Shown: positions 12,562-25,230 of the stretch, piece by piece
Position numbering within the stretch: the first letter of the stretch is position 1
How the letters are laid out: every line of letters starts with the position of its first letter
Origin: Phoronis australis
Taxonomy: Eukaryota > Animalia > Phoronida
Direction of reading: 5' to 3'
Assembly (NCBI GenBank): GCA_002633005.1
Contig: NMRA01000260.1
Location: 475,649-539,648 of the forward strand
DNA length: 64,000 nucleotides
Notes under the pieces: generated by a model
Seen by the model: the letters and a program-made list of their open reading frames with translations, nothing else
What the model was told of the DNA's origin: nothing
Databases searched by the model: none
Program-made: the position numbers and the translations under genes

Positions 12562-12807
12562 CCTCTAGCACGCTCACTTCTCGAGCGAGTGTGGGCGATG
12601 GAGTGACATTAACATTTGAAGGGATAGAGTCACCCGGTATCAGATGGCAGAAAGACGGCTTTGGGTTCTATGCCAGGGGCGACATAGTTGGATGGAATGA
12701 CAAGCTGACTAACACAATTGATTCAGTAGAAGTGGGACATGGCGGAGTGTACACTATATATAGATCACCTGGGAATGTTCTTGGCATCACCCGTCTGGTC
12801 GTTAGAG
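12562..12807 (+). CDS. Ig-like domain exon resembling Tie/Tek-type Ig domains (phase 1-1)
   Basis: Polypyrimidine tract and gtag|...|gtcagt, 246 nt; ASVGDGVTLTF...IRWQKDG...IVGWND...GGVYTIY...ITRLVVR. Confidence 0.8.
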
Positions 12808-13549
12808 GTCAGTATTTGCTCCCCTTTTCTCTTTTCATTAGAAATGCATGTGTCCTAGCACAATTTAGCAACATTTCTTTGATTTCGATAATGGAAGTGG
12901 TCTGGATTGCATAAACGACATCCAAAAGCCACCGCCAAACGTCAATGGAAAAGTAAGTGTGTAACAACTGGCCCTAAATTTGAAACTGAAAGCAACAATA
13001 CATGTAATAGAGCGGCACGTGTTGCCTATAGGTCAATGCCGTTAGACGCAGGGGTACATCGTACCCGCCGACGGTGTTCCACATTCACCCATCAACGATG
13101 CCATGATGGAAGGGGGATGGCACGTTTTTGTATCACAGTAGACAAATGACATGATACTGAATTGAAAAATAAAGTGTCGTATTACAAAACGAATCTTTGG
13201 AGGAGTGAAATCACGGCATTTCCCACTGGTCACAAACCTTCGGTCCCCCTCGAATACTTAACATCAGTCTGGAATCAAAGTTAACGGTGAGCCTTACCTC
13301 TGAAATATATAGAGGTGGAATTAGCAGCGAACTCGTGACTTTGATGCTATTCGAAGTGTCGGCAGGAGTGACTGACTGTGTTTGCCAATAGCGTGCGGTG
13401 ACTGGTTACTAAGTATTGATATTTCTTTCTAATAATTATTATTTTGGTAGTATAAACATTCTCCCTCAATCAATCCATATATTCAGGATATTCTTTTTTA
13501 TAAGAATCACTGAAAGTTAGAAAAACGCGTATGCAGCAGTTGCGGTTTT

Positions 13550-14580
13550 AGGGGCGGATATAGGGGGGCCAAGGGGGTCTCACAGACTCCAATTGGCACT
13601 GCGGGGTGTGAATTGCCGACTGGCATATGCAAGCACCTAAGGGGCTATGTCAGAATATAGACTGACACTGTTTTTATTTGTATTGCTTTGTTTTGTTATT
13701 CTGTTTGATTGGCATGGCCCCTGAGTTAAGTACAGGGATGATGTAATTTATTTACCGCAGAATAGTATGGAACTTTCTAGAGGACTGAGGACAGTACAAT
13801 GATGATGTCATTTGTTTACTACAGTATAGTGAGGAACTTTCTAGAAGACCCAAGCACGACAGTGATTGATGTAGCCTGGAATATTCCAAAGACTAGTATA
13901 TGTTTGTAGAATGATTGGATAGATTCAGGAAAGTTCTAGAATGTGCTTGAAATGATGAAAAGTTCCAGAACAATGCATCAGCATATAAATACACAAGTAC
14001 GGGTTTGTGTTTGTCAGATCAACTCAGTTCAAGAAAATTAATCAGAAGAACTACAGTTGAGTTGCAGTGAAGAGAATCAGCAGTTACAGCGATTGTCAAT
14101 AGAGAGCCAGCTATAGAGACAGCAGGTTATTGAATCGACGAGTGTATCAGTTGCTGAACGTGTCTCAGAAGTTCATCATAAGTCACGGCTTCGCAGCACT
14201 GGCTGGAGCATAGAACAGACATTACGTCGGACGTTTTGTTTGAGTAGGCTTGTTAACGTACGGTCGGGATTAATAAAATATTAACTCGAAGCAGTCTTCA
14301 GTCTATCGTCGCACCGAAAGCTATTAGCACCGGTCTGTAACAACCTAAGCCCACCCACACACGGGGAAAAACGTGACAGGCTAGGACAGGGCAATGCACT
14401 TTGCATAGCCTCGAACAAACAGCCTTTCACGTTTTACTTTTTAGCAACAAGATGCACAAACCCAAAAGTTCAAGAATCCCCCTATCCCTACATTTTAGGC
14501 TGGTTGTGCACATGTGGCGAAATTCCGATTTTTCCTGTGCTCTGCCCCCCAACTAAGTCACAATCCTGGATTCGCCCCTG
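13550..14580 (+). mobile_element. Composite MITE (about 300 bp) split by a solo LTR
   Basis: AGGGGCGGATATAGG...CCTGGATTCGCCCCTG; the two halves align with uninterrupted copies at 39062-39371 and 60394-60705. Confidence 0.8.
13648..14378 (+). mobile_element. Solo LTR (731 bp)
   Basis: TGTCA...TGACA termini, 5-bp TSD GGCTA (13643-13647, 14379-14383), TATAAA near 13984, AATAAA near 14272. Confidence 0.88.
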
Positions 14581-15783
14581 TGCAGGACAATTAACAAAAT
14601 TTCAATCCCTGCGCCGTATCAGCTGTATTGTAGGCCGAGCGTTCGTCGAACGTTTCGACACAACTTGTCCAGGTCATATTTATACATGTATCTCGTATTT
14701 AAGGCTGCTAGGTGGTATCTGGTCTGCAGTAAACTACCCCCGTTTGGTACTTATAGCACATAAACCAGAAGGGTGGTGTCACTTCTAAACCTGATTCGAA
14801 TGTATGGATAATTGTTTTGCCCGCGTATTTTTCAAAGGAGCACCAAAAGAATACATCGGTAGTTTGTTTCGGAAATCAAATTGATTTCATCCAAGGGCAA
14901 GAGGCACAGTGAGTTTCGGTGCCAATGGCCCGGCCGTCTTGGAGCCTTCGCTATTAACGGTATTAATGTATTTTTGTTTAGGACCCTGCCCACAAGTCTC
15001 TGTATTTAGTAAACTACATGTACATATTGGTAATCATGTTTTTAATAAAAGTACATGTAATAGTCCAGGCCCTTAACCCGAAAACATTTACACGTCGGAT
15101 TAAAGCACCTCATTTGGCACACTAGTACTTTTTGACATGCTGAATCTCATGGGGGTCGGTTGCCCAAATTTTGAGGTCAAGGTCAAATCTCAAAAAAAAT
15201 GGCCGCCCAGTAACACAATCTATGGTTGCTTGAGAGATGATCACACATTTTAAGGTTAGGTAACAGTTCTTTATTAACTAGAAATCTATCATAATGACAT
15301 CGCAATATCTTTTTCTCATACTATTAAGACTCCTCATTTGCATAATTCCAATATGGCCGCCAAAATTTAACCAACCAACTGCAATTTTAACAAAATCATC
15401 TATTTTGATCTGATGCAAGACTAATAATACAACAACAAATAGGATTTCTTACCAAAATTTATTAGATTTATCATTAATTTGTACAATTATTATGAAAATT
15501 CAGTTGATGTTATGATAAAGAGACCAATTTATATGCATAGAACTTGACAGACTACCCATTACTCAGAGACCAGCTTTCAAAAATGTCGTTAGTATGCTTC
15601 TTCTAGCTCCTGCCTACATATAATCCGATTGTCATCTGCTTATAATATCAACACAATAAAACAGATTAATCTCAAATTGTCATTGCAGACCACAGAATTC
15701 AATTAACATTATCATCTGTTCCTTTGGTCCATAACAAACATGTTACTGACATGTTCCCCGGTATTTGCTAAGTGTTGTGCATG

Positions 15784-17754
15784 CTAAGGAATTGCTTTTA
15801 ATTTATATCTCTTGCCCCATGCAACCATGAGCTGCTGGCCGGCTTTGGTGATTTCAGGCATGTCTATCCAGTAAGGTGTCCATTGTTGGCCCTTGTCACT
15901 CTGCCATGCAAACATATATGGACTTGGTTTCCCGTGGATGGGCATCCGACTGCCAGCTTGATACAAGCATTTGTTAACTTGCTTTATCAGAGGAGATTGG
16001 GTAGGCGATAAATTTGGCATGATCTGAACTTTTTGTTGGAAAAGCTCCTTTCATAAAGTATTGGCTTTGCTGGTTTTGACTTTTCGATCATAAACGAAAC
16101 ATGTAAATGTCTCAATTGTTTTGAACTCCTGACTGTCGACGGTGAGTTGCTAAAAGGAATTGATTGCCGACACGAGAATGCCTGAGTAGCATCACGGTAA
16201 GCTTTTCATGTCTCCCATGCTGTTTTCTTCTCTTTTCCATTGAACTGGGACGTTGTGTCCAACCCTGTTAAGGCATGGAACATGGGTAGAGCTACACACA
16301 AATCATACCTAAGCTAGTCAAACAAACTCTTGACGAAGAGGTCCCGCACCTTCTTTCCAGCTTTAACCACTACCCGTAATTGAATTGCTGACAGCAAAGT
16401 CTTAAGCTGATCAACAACGCCAAGAAGAACGACCACAACATCAGTATCAATTGTAGAAACCATTATTCTCTGATTACCTTTGATCAAAGCGTCCCCAATG
16501 TACAAGCACATACAGGTGTCCGACTCTCGGCGGTATGTCAGAACTAGAGCAAAGAACAGAGTGACCGTGGGTAATATATATATTTTGTCCTGGAGGATAG
16601 GCGATTGCTAAAGAAATCTTCAGCTAACATTATGAACAATTCCTCTTTATTCTTCGAGTTTGCAAGAAATTCTGAAAGTACAGAGACAGTTGCGTTTGGT
16701 GTGAAACTTTGGCAAGATCACCTGTACCTCTATCAGCGGTGGCCTTCAAGCTGTCTTCAGCGTAAGCATCAAACACAATGTCAACTCTACAGCAGTTGTG
16801 AAGGTTAGATTGTGCCTACTTAGCAGTTTTCACTGAACTGTCCGAATGTCGCGGATTCTTTGGAGAATATTTGCGCACAATAGCTGGCCCATCAAAGACT
16901 TTGACATCGACGGATTCAGGAACGTCTGAATGAGGAAATTCCAACATTTTGAGCAAGTGTGACTTCTGTGAGGGTAGATCGAAACTGTCATTCTGGTTCA
17001 GGGATGGTGGCCAAGAATGATTCTCATGTATAAGAAAATCATCCTTCTAGAAATTGACTACCTATAAAAACCTGACTAAATAAGCTGCAGTCTTTCTTGA
17101 TGTCATCCATGCGCTGCTGAGTCACTCTTTGTGCCTTCCTGTTAGCTGTTTCGGAAACAAGAAACTTGTTNTTGTTTTTCTTGATAGGGGTCTTTATTGG
17201 TTGGGACTTTTCAATTACGACTGTTTGCTTATAGCTGTCATATTGCTCTTTTCCAGTCACTTCGATAGTCTGAAGACCTGTAGCGTATCTAACGTCATAA
17301 GTTCATCACCATGGTCAAAGAAAGGGTTTCCCTTTAGTTTGCTGAACTGACACCTTACACCACACAAACTGTTCACATGGTTTTTAAAGTTGTTCTGGAA
17401 GTATAGAATGTCTTTGTGGCGTTTTTTTCCTCGTTATTGTCTTCAAAATGATTGACAATCAAACTCAGTCAGCAACCTGGCTATAGCTCGGACCCAAACA
17501 CCATTCACTCTATCAAAGCGTTTGGATTTTCAGTTAATCCAATAGCCCCACCACTGTCTTGGACTAAGGCGTTATTTTCTTCATCCGCCCAGTCACTTGC
17601 AACAGCACAGAATCTGTGCCGTGTATTTGAAGACATCCATCAGATGCTGTCGTACGTTAACTGGTATAGCACTCACGGCTTGGGTGTGGAGAGAGACCCA
17701 TCTTGCATAATTTTGAAGGTCAAGAGCAAAGAAATAGGACACAAGAGATTCAAA
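15784..17754 (-). pseudogene. Academ transposase / XPG-like nuclease relic
   Basis: Frameshifted fragments FFALDLQNYARWVSLH, IMVSTIDTDVVVVLL, LPMFHALTGLDTTSQFNGKEKKTAW, YQAG...WTPYWIDMPEI; runs into the gap. Confidence 0.8.
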
Positions 17755-18295
17755 NNNNNNNNNNNNNNNNNNNNNNNNNNNNNNNNNNNNNNNNNNNNNN
17801 NNNNNNNNNNNNNNNNNNNNNNNNNNNNNNNNNNNNNNNNNNNNNNNNNNNNNNNNNNNNNNNNNNNNNNNNNNNNNNNNNNNNNNNNNNNNNNNNNNNN
17901 NNNNNNNNNNNNNNNNNNNNNNNNNNNNNNNNNNNNNNNNNNNNNNNNNNNNNNNNNNNNNNNNNNNNNNNNNNNNNNNNNNNNNNNNNNNNNNNNNNNN
18001 NNNNNNNNNNNNNNNNNNNNNNNNNNNNNNNNNNNNNNNNNNNNNNNNNNNNNNNNNNNNNNNNNNNNNNNNNNNNNNNNNNNNNNNNNNNNNNNNNNNN
18101 NNNNNNNNNNNNNNNNNNNNNNNNNNNNNNNNNNNNNNNNNNNNNNNNNNNNNNNNNNNNNNNNNNNNNNNNNNNNNNNNNNNNNNNNNNNNNNNNNNNN
18201 NNNNNNNNNNNNNNNNNNNNNNNNNNNNNNNNNNNNNNNNNNNNNNNNNNNNNNNNNNNNNNNNNNNNNNNNNNNNNNNNNNNNNNNNNNNNNNN
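17755..18295. other. Assembly gap
   Basis: Run of 541 N. Confidence 0.99.
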
Positions 18296-19203
18296 CCTGT
18301 CTTCAGATGTGCTGAAGCCAACCAAAAGTATTATCTCCAATCAGTTAAAACAATTTAGGATATATATTTATGTACATAGTTAATCAAAAAAGTACATACC
18401 TAAATTAGAATATCTCATTCAAAATAATATCACACGAACAATGAACTCGAGGTCAACATTATGCAAGTGTCAGAGCTGATGTCACCTGTTTGGGTACTGT
18501 TGTCCGAATGAGCAGAGGTCAGCTTCAGCTGTTCGACAATATGTTACCACAAACAATTAGATGGACGCAATTAATAATACACATTTGTTTATACAACATG
18601 TTCCTCAAGACAATTAATTATGCCTTGATCTGTTTTAAAATATAGTGCAACAAGGAATTCACCTCATTGGGATACAAGTAAAACCTGGCGATTTTATTGA
18701 AATTTCATCCTTCTGGTGAACCTTAAATTACCTAAATTACCTTAATTGGTTTAACTTATGTCACCATCAAGTTCAAACTAAAATATAAACACATTAATTA
18801 ACAAAGTAACCTTTAGCTGTGATCAAATTAAAAATGATGATAAAAGTTTCAGCAATTGTTCTTTGAAAATTTAGAAAAAATGTCCGATTTCCTTTAATTA
18901 CAGAGACGATTTGTTACATAATTAATTATAAATATTTTGACAAAGACATTCAAAAACGAAGTTCTGTAAAATGTTAACATTCTAGAGTTGACTTAATGCA
19001 TATTCGTACTAGTTTGACAGTTTTTCTCAGCTAGAGAAAACAAATAGACTTAATTTCCATTGAAAATATATATGCTCTATTAATTATGATAACTACCACC
19101 TTAAGTGTCAGGAAAATTACTTTTATGCTTTTAACTTGTTTTTTAGAAGTTATCAACATTAATTTGAAATCAAAATAAAGTATCCTGCTTATCACCTGAA
19201 ACA

Positions 19204-19454
19204 GTAATGAAGCAGATACTTTGTGTCAAGTCATTTCAAAAAAATACCTACATGACCTTTGACCTTGATTTGACCTTGACCTTGACCCCAAATTTCGGGC
19301 AACCGACCCTCATGAGATTCAGCGTGTCNGTAATGAAGCAGATACTTTGTGTCAAGTCATTTCAAAAAAATACCTACGTGACCTTTGACCTTGATTTGAC
19401 CTTGACATTGACCCCAAATTTCGGGCAACCGACCCTCATGAGATTCAGCGTGTC
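19204..19454. repeat. 125-bp tandem duplicate joined by a single N (probable contig-overlap artefact)
   Basis: 19204-19328 repeated at 19330-19454 with two substitutions; N at 19329. Confidence 0.85.
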
Positions 19455-21377
19455 CCAAAGTATCTGTGTACCAACTTTGGTGCTTTAATCCGGGGTGTAA
19501 ATGTTTTGGGGTTTTTGGCTGCTAAGGGACCGGACTATTAAGCTACAGTATAACAAGAACTAAACGACGATGCTATTTTAAAATCATCTATGTTAAACAA
19601 AGTACAACTGTATTCAATGACAAGTTGTAAATGTGAAAACAAAAAATCTACAGATTGGTGACATTTGCACTAATATTGTGGACTCACTTAGTATAGCCCG
19701 CATCATGCAGTGTTATTCCGTAGCACCACGTCACGATACTTACTGGACAGTGTTAAGTGATTTACGGCGAATAATTTTCGACACAAAACTTGCTCTTCAA
19801 AACATTTGACTATTTTCAACCCACTCCATGTTCACATCGTCGCAGTGTGTTGTGTTTCAAAAAGTTCGACAAACACAGAGATAAGGATATAGCGTGCAAG
19901 CTCTTATATACATACATGTACACATGTACCACGGATAGCCGTGTTGGTGTAGATTTTTTACGAGTGAACCTTTATTTGTACACATCATTCACCTTCATGA
20001 ACTTAGAAATAAATTGAGTATCGTGAACACATCTGGTACTTTCATTGTTTTAAATTTCACCTCGGATGACCATTATTTGAATATGTGCAGGGAAGTTTTT
20101 TTTGTCTTTTTAGTCGACGAGCGCAGCTGAAGGTACATGCAGGACTCAAAAGAATTGGGGTACAGCCCAGGAATTATATTTTTGGTCTTATCTTCTAGTA
20201 TCGACCTTCAAGTGACTATTTGTGTCTTCGATACCTGGGCTTCATGTTTGCAGTGTCTGACCCATACATGTACGTTGCAATTTTCCAATAAAACAGATGT
20301 TCTTGGGTTTTTCTCTCCCGTTCACTTACACCAAAGCACGTGTAGACCAATTGTTTTGCTTATCTGCCACCATGTATGCAATTGAATAGTTCAACCCAAT
20401 GGATACAGAGGACTCGTGTGCGTTATTGACGGTATAAATCAGGGTCTCAAAATGCGGGACCCCTTCAACTGACAAAAGCTGCATCTTGAATCAGCGCCAT
20501 CTGTGACTTCTGTCGACCTCGGGGACAATCGTTTGCGGAGCGCGTGCTGATCGGGTGATTCTATTGTCGCAAAACCGCGGGAAAACATCAGTGACCGGTT
20601 GCATGAAACAGTCCCAATTAGGGAACTCATCTACTGTAACTTCTCTAAATCTATCGCGTACAGTGTAGTTCTGGACTTGAAAAAAACATCGATTGCCTTT
20701 TCTTGTATTGTTTTAGTTCCATTACTTTTGACTTCGATACAAATTGAGAGTGAACTCTACGTTGAATTGTCCATAATATGTTATTGAAAATAAGAGAATC
20801 TTGTCATGCAAAATCCCAAATTGAAGAACTGAATCCCTATTTATTTTCAATTAATTCTGGGCTCAGTTTTTAGTTATATTATTAGAAACAGTCATTTATC
20901 AAAGAGGAGCTCATCATAAAGATGATATGATAGAAAAATGTTGAATTCTGTGAGTCGATAAAGACAAAAATACGCAAAAAGACTCAGGTACCTAAGTTGA
21001 GTCCCTACTTGGGATCGTATGCATCCGGCCACAGGTCTCCTCAGTATTTCTCAAAGAGACCACGTGCTGCAGATATGCCAGTCGTGTTTGCGGTGGGAAA
21101 AGTATTGCTTTTTTGCATTATCCGTGCTCTAAGAGTCCTGAACCGTGTTTCTCGATTTAGTGAGCCGTGTTCATGAGCGTGGACTTTAGTTCACATATTT
21201 AAACGTGTGAGTCGTACATGTACGTGTCGTTCATGTGATCTGTACTGCACCCGCAAGAGTAGCAACATGTACGTACTGAAATAATTTTTGATTACACACG
21301 TGAGGATTGCACCTGGACTGCTTATTTTAAAAGGATTTATTACACCAGAAGTTATAGTGTCTACAGTTGTATGTTGT

Positions 21378-22589
21378 ATGGGCAGTTGTGCTATGAAGTC
21401 GATGCGTTCTTTCAGGAAAGCACTTCTTGTTGTCGCCATCTGTGGAAGTCTCATGTTTCTATTATTGTTCAACTATTTTTTGCAAGAATACGTGCACTTG
21501 ACTCCCCGTTCGGTGTCATCCCAAAACGGTAGCGGTTTTGCGCATGTACACGAATTACGAGAAACGGATATTTCTCACGGGAGTACCAGCGAGAGACCTG
21601 CGAGTGCAGAATGTTGTTCGTATTCGAACTGGGATGAGAGAGAAAATTTAATTGTTGAAACCAATCCGTACTATTTTGTCAAGAAAGACATCATTGGTAG
21701 GCTTGGGAATCAAATGTTCCAATATGCATCTGTGTATGGGATTGCTCGACTATATAATGCCACCTTAGCTATTGAACCCGGTTCAAAGCTAGAGACAACA
21801 TTCATCAACACCAAAGCTCACCAACTACCCACAGATGGTATTGCTGTTCATCAGAGAGTCTATGAACAAGGTGCAAGCATTTTCAATAGAAAAGTGCTCA
21901 ATTTGCGGGCTGTCAACACATCCTTTCAGGGATACTTGATTTCGTACAAATATTTTCACAATTATAGTTCGGAAATCAGACGGCAGTTTGTTTTCGAAAA
22001 CAACGTCTACATATCCGTCTTTAAATTTCTCGACAATGTTATGAAGAAGTTTAAGACGCCAATAAGTAGAACGTGCATACTTGCAAAAATCCGTTGTTTA
22101 GTTGAACGTAGGTTGAGTGAAATCATTCCCGAAAATGCTACAAAGGGACATCCGACTCCAGATGGAGAGCCGGTTACGCTGATAGGGATCCACGTGCGGC
22201 GAGGTGATAAACTAAACAAGAACGAATGGGGCAGTACTGTCCCGGGACCTGACTACTTCCAACGCGCAATCAGCTACTACAACAAACGGTTTCGCAATAT
22301 TATATTCGTCGTGTGTTCAGAAGATAAGGAATGGGTGACTAACCACATTTTGAACGACACATCTATTTCTATAACCCTGTCCTACTTGAAAACACCAGAG
22401 GAAGACATGTCCTTATTGACTCTGTGCGACCATGTTATTTTGTCTGACGGCAGTACGTTTGGATTCTGGAGTGCTTACCTTGGAGGGGGGCATGTTGTGT
22501 ATTGGCGAGGTTGGCCCCGGCCGAAAAGTGGTCTGGCAAAAGAAATCAATCTCAGTGACCGCTGGTTGCCCCACTGGGTCGCTCTGTGA
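21378..22589 (+). CDS. Intronless alpha-1,2-fucosyltransferase (GT11, FUT1/FUT2-like), type II membrane protein
   Basis: Open frame with N-terminal TM (ALLVVAICGSLMFLLLFNYFL), stem, GRLGNQMFQYA, IGIHVRRGD, FVVCSED, DMSLLTLCDHVILSDGSTFGFWSAYL. Start may be ATG 21378, 21393 or 21402. Confidence 0.93.
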   Translation: MGSCAMKSMRSFRKALLVVAICGSLMFLLLFNYFLQEYVHLTPRSVSSQNGSGFAHVHELRETDISHGSTSERPASAECCSYSNWDERENLIVETNPYYFVKKDIIGRLGNQMFQYASVYGIARLYNATLAIEPGSKLETTFINTKAHQLPTDGIAVHQRVYEQGASIFNRKVLNLRAVNTSFQGYLISYKYFHNYSSEIRRQFVFENNVYISVFKFLDNVMKKFKTPISRTCILAKIRCLVERRLSEIIPENATKGHPTPDGEPVTLIGIHVRRGDKLNKNEWGSTVPGPDYFQRAISYYNKRFRNIIFVVCSEDKEWVTNHILNDTSISITLSYLKTPEEDMSLLTLCDHVILSDGSTFGFWSAYLGGGHVVYWRGWPRPKSGLAKEINLSDRWLPHWVAL

Positions 22590-24769
22590 CTTAAGATCTT
22601 TACGAAAAGGGTAATTCAGGCAGGCGTCAGCACCACTGGCGTAACCACGGCGGGGCATAAGGGGCCATGGTTCCAGCTGCTTATTATGACCGGCAACCCA
22701 AAGCACTTTGCATAAATATACGAGGTAACAGCATCTGACCACCACAGCACTTAGTGTATACCGCAGTATGTGCAAAAATGGATTGGATATCTATCTGTGT
22801 CTACTCTCTGGGTGTTGCCCCTGGGCCAATGATGCCAGAGCTAAACTTGATGTTCGAATAACCGGCCAAAATTACTTTGAAACGAACAACCGTGGCGTGC
22901 TGAACAACCATAACAAATTGCTCATTGGTAAGTGTCCGCCAGAAAGCAACAAAGAGGACCTCCATAAAAGAGCATGCTCATACACGTTCGGGGTACCACA
23001 AAAAAAACTAATTACACATGATTAGCTGCACACCTTGGGACTACTGAATTGTCTACGACTGACAAAATACACTCTGGACCTTGTATTTTTGGGGTGTCCT
23101 TTTGGGTTTCTGGCAACCCCTTCCGAGAGTTCAATTTGTCTGTAACAGGTCATTCGGTGTTCAGTGCAGCACCATTGTTCGTTTTAAATCACTTTTGGCA
23201 GGTATACTTATATAATCTACCTCATTTGACCCCTTTGTAAAGGTCCCCTGGGGCCACGCCCAGTGTGCAGACACCAGCAGACATCGATTTGTGCACATTC
23301 TGGGCTGCAACCCGATAATTAAGATGGCCATTCCTTATAAGCACCGAGAACCTGTGGTCCAGGATGGATACCGGTAACAGCGTGACCTCTGATATCTTCC
23401 TAGCTACAATCTTAGAAAGGCTTTCAAAAGCCTATGCAGCAACACCTGTACGTGCTTGGAGTTTATCAACAATACATTTTGGGTCTTAAAATCATCTCGC
23501 GTTATTCTACGGAAAGCAGTGAAAGTTGATTTCTTAGTATTTGTTCTACAATTTTGCAAATTTAGGCGCTAATAACTTGTGTGTAAACGTAACTTCCGAA
23601 AAACAATTCTTGCGTAGCTTTGTGTCTGTGTGTGTTTATGCATGCAGGTGTTATTATTGTATTCAAATGTTTCTTTTACGAGTCGTTTGTGCAATGTTTA
23701 CATGTTGACCGGCCTGAGATGAGTTTTTGTTAATTTGATTCATGAGCATTGATGTCATTAGTATGTAAATATATGCAATGGATTTGCCCACGTGACGTTG
23801 CTCTATCTCCCCGTACTACCGAGTTAGGCAATACGGAGACTTTCCCGTGGACCGTTTTTTGGGTTTGTCATCAGCTCGCGATGTTAAGCTCTCATTTTTA
23901 TTCAATACTTTCAGTTCTGTTTTAATTGAACGGTAACCACTAACTGAATCGATAAATCTACATGCGTTATAAATTGGTGAAAACGCACTTGCGACATAGT
24001 GAATCGGTCGTAGGACTTGTTTCAAACGACAAGCGTGGTTCGGGATTCGGTGCTTGCCCGTCAACATTCGCCTAACTGCAGAGGGATAACGAAGAGAATA
24101 TAGATTTTATTAGGCGGTCCGAGAAAACGCTTGAAATAGCAGTTTGTGGAAAATAAAACATTTCTATTGCTCAATCCACTTTTAATTACAGGTAAACATA
24201 ATATAGACGCAAATTATGAATCTGTGTGAAGCTTACTTGAGAATAACTAACAACGTTTTGCCAGCCATTGCCTTCTCGGTGACTTTTTCCTGACAAACTT
24301 CAAAAGAAGAAACCTAACTGGTTTTAAAACCTAAAATCTCATTGTGGGACACGAGGCAACTAGCTAAAAGGTCAAGCGTATATTCTTGCCAATGAGCAGA
24401 CGCTGTGTCAATAATGTTTACTGCTACGTGAGGCGTAGCGAAAGCTAGGAGAGATTGCGGAAGAGTGTGGCAAAAAAGTAGCCTGTGACATCCACATATA
24501 GCCTTTTCTCGCTATAATACGTCTACTACGACTCAGGTAAAAGCATTTTGGGATCGGCTATTCATAATCCATGTGGGGTAATGAAAAGGTATCTTCTCAA
24601 CCAGGACCGTAAGCTGCGTCATATCACACAGTCAACTGGGACAGTAGTGTGACTAAGAGCAGGGCTCACAAAGAACTGCTTCCTGCTGTGTGTGAACGTC
24701 ACTCAGTATTTACAACTGTCAGCAAAATTCTAAGCCTTGATACAAAGTACTTACACCCTCTACTTGAGT

Positions 24770-25230
24770 TTTAGGACTTTACACTTGAGAAAACTGCACC
24801 AGTGCGTTTAAAGGCAAAGGGAAGGTTGACTTCCTTAAAAAGCTGGAAAAGAGTCCAAACTTTTACCGTGCATTCAGGCAACTTGGCTTTGACTTAGATG
24901 TAAGTTCTGAAGTTTTAAAAGAGTTGGAAAAGTTCACCTGCCCCATGTCCGGTCCGAGTAGTGAGTCATCGATACCTGTAGATGCTACTAGTGCTAAGAT
25001 GTTGTGCAAAATGGTTGATGAAGATAAAATTCTCACATACATGTACAAATCCAAAATTGACCTTGCTCGACTTCTCCCGTGCCTATCTGTACTGAAATCT
25101 TACATCCAGCGAGTATTGCCGTGTCGCCTTGTACAGGCGCGCTTGAGAACCCATAACTGAACAGCCAAAACCTTATGACGAAGGACAAGGTTGGATGCGG
25201 ACTGATGAAAGAGCGTTAGAACCTGTGTGA
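24770..25230 (+). pseudogene. Second Academ-type XPG nuclease relic
   Basis: CTSAFKGKGKVDFLKKLEKSPNFYRAFRQLG...ELEKFTC...KIDLARLLPCLSVLKSYIQRV; ends not defined. Confidence 0.6.

Larger units (their letters stand above)
15061..19537 (-). mobile_element. Academ-superfamily (XPG-type) DNA transposon, decayed
   Basis: About 130-145-bp imperfect TIRs TAGTCCAGGCCCTTA.../...TAAGGGACCGGACTA; internal decayed transposase/XPG ORF; no perfect TSD. Confidence 0.75.

Noticed and set aside
13047-13149. Possible terminal exon after the Ig exon
   Set aside because: Weak acceptor and no domain similarity.
17452-18383. Long ORFs of 196-287 aa in the track
   Set aside because: They read through the N gap.
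21288-21377. N-terminal extension of the fucosyltransferase ORF
   Set aside because: Starts at TTG; eukaryotic start more likely at an ATG just before the TM segment.
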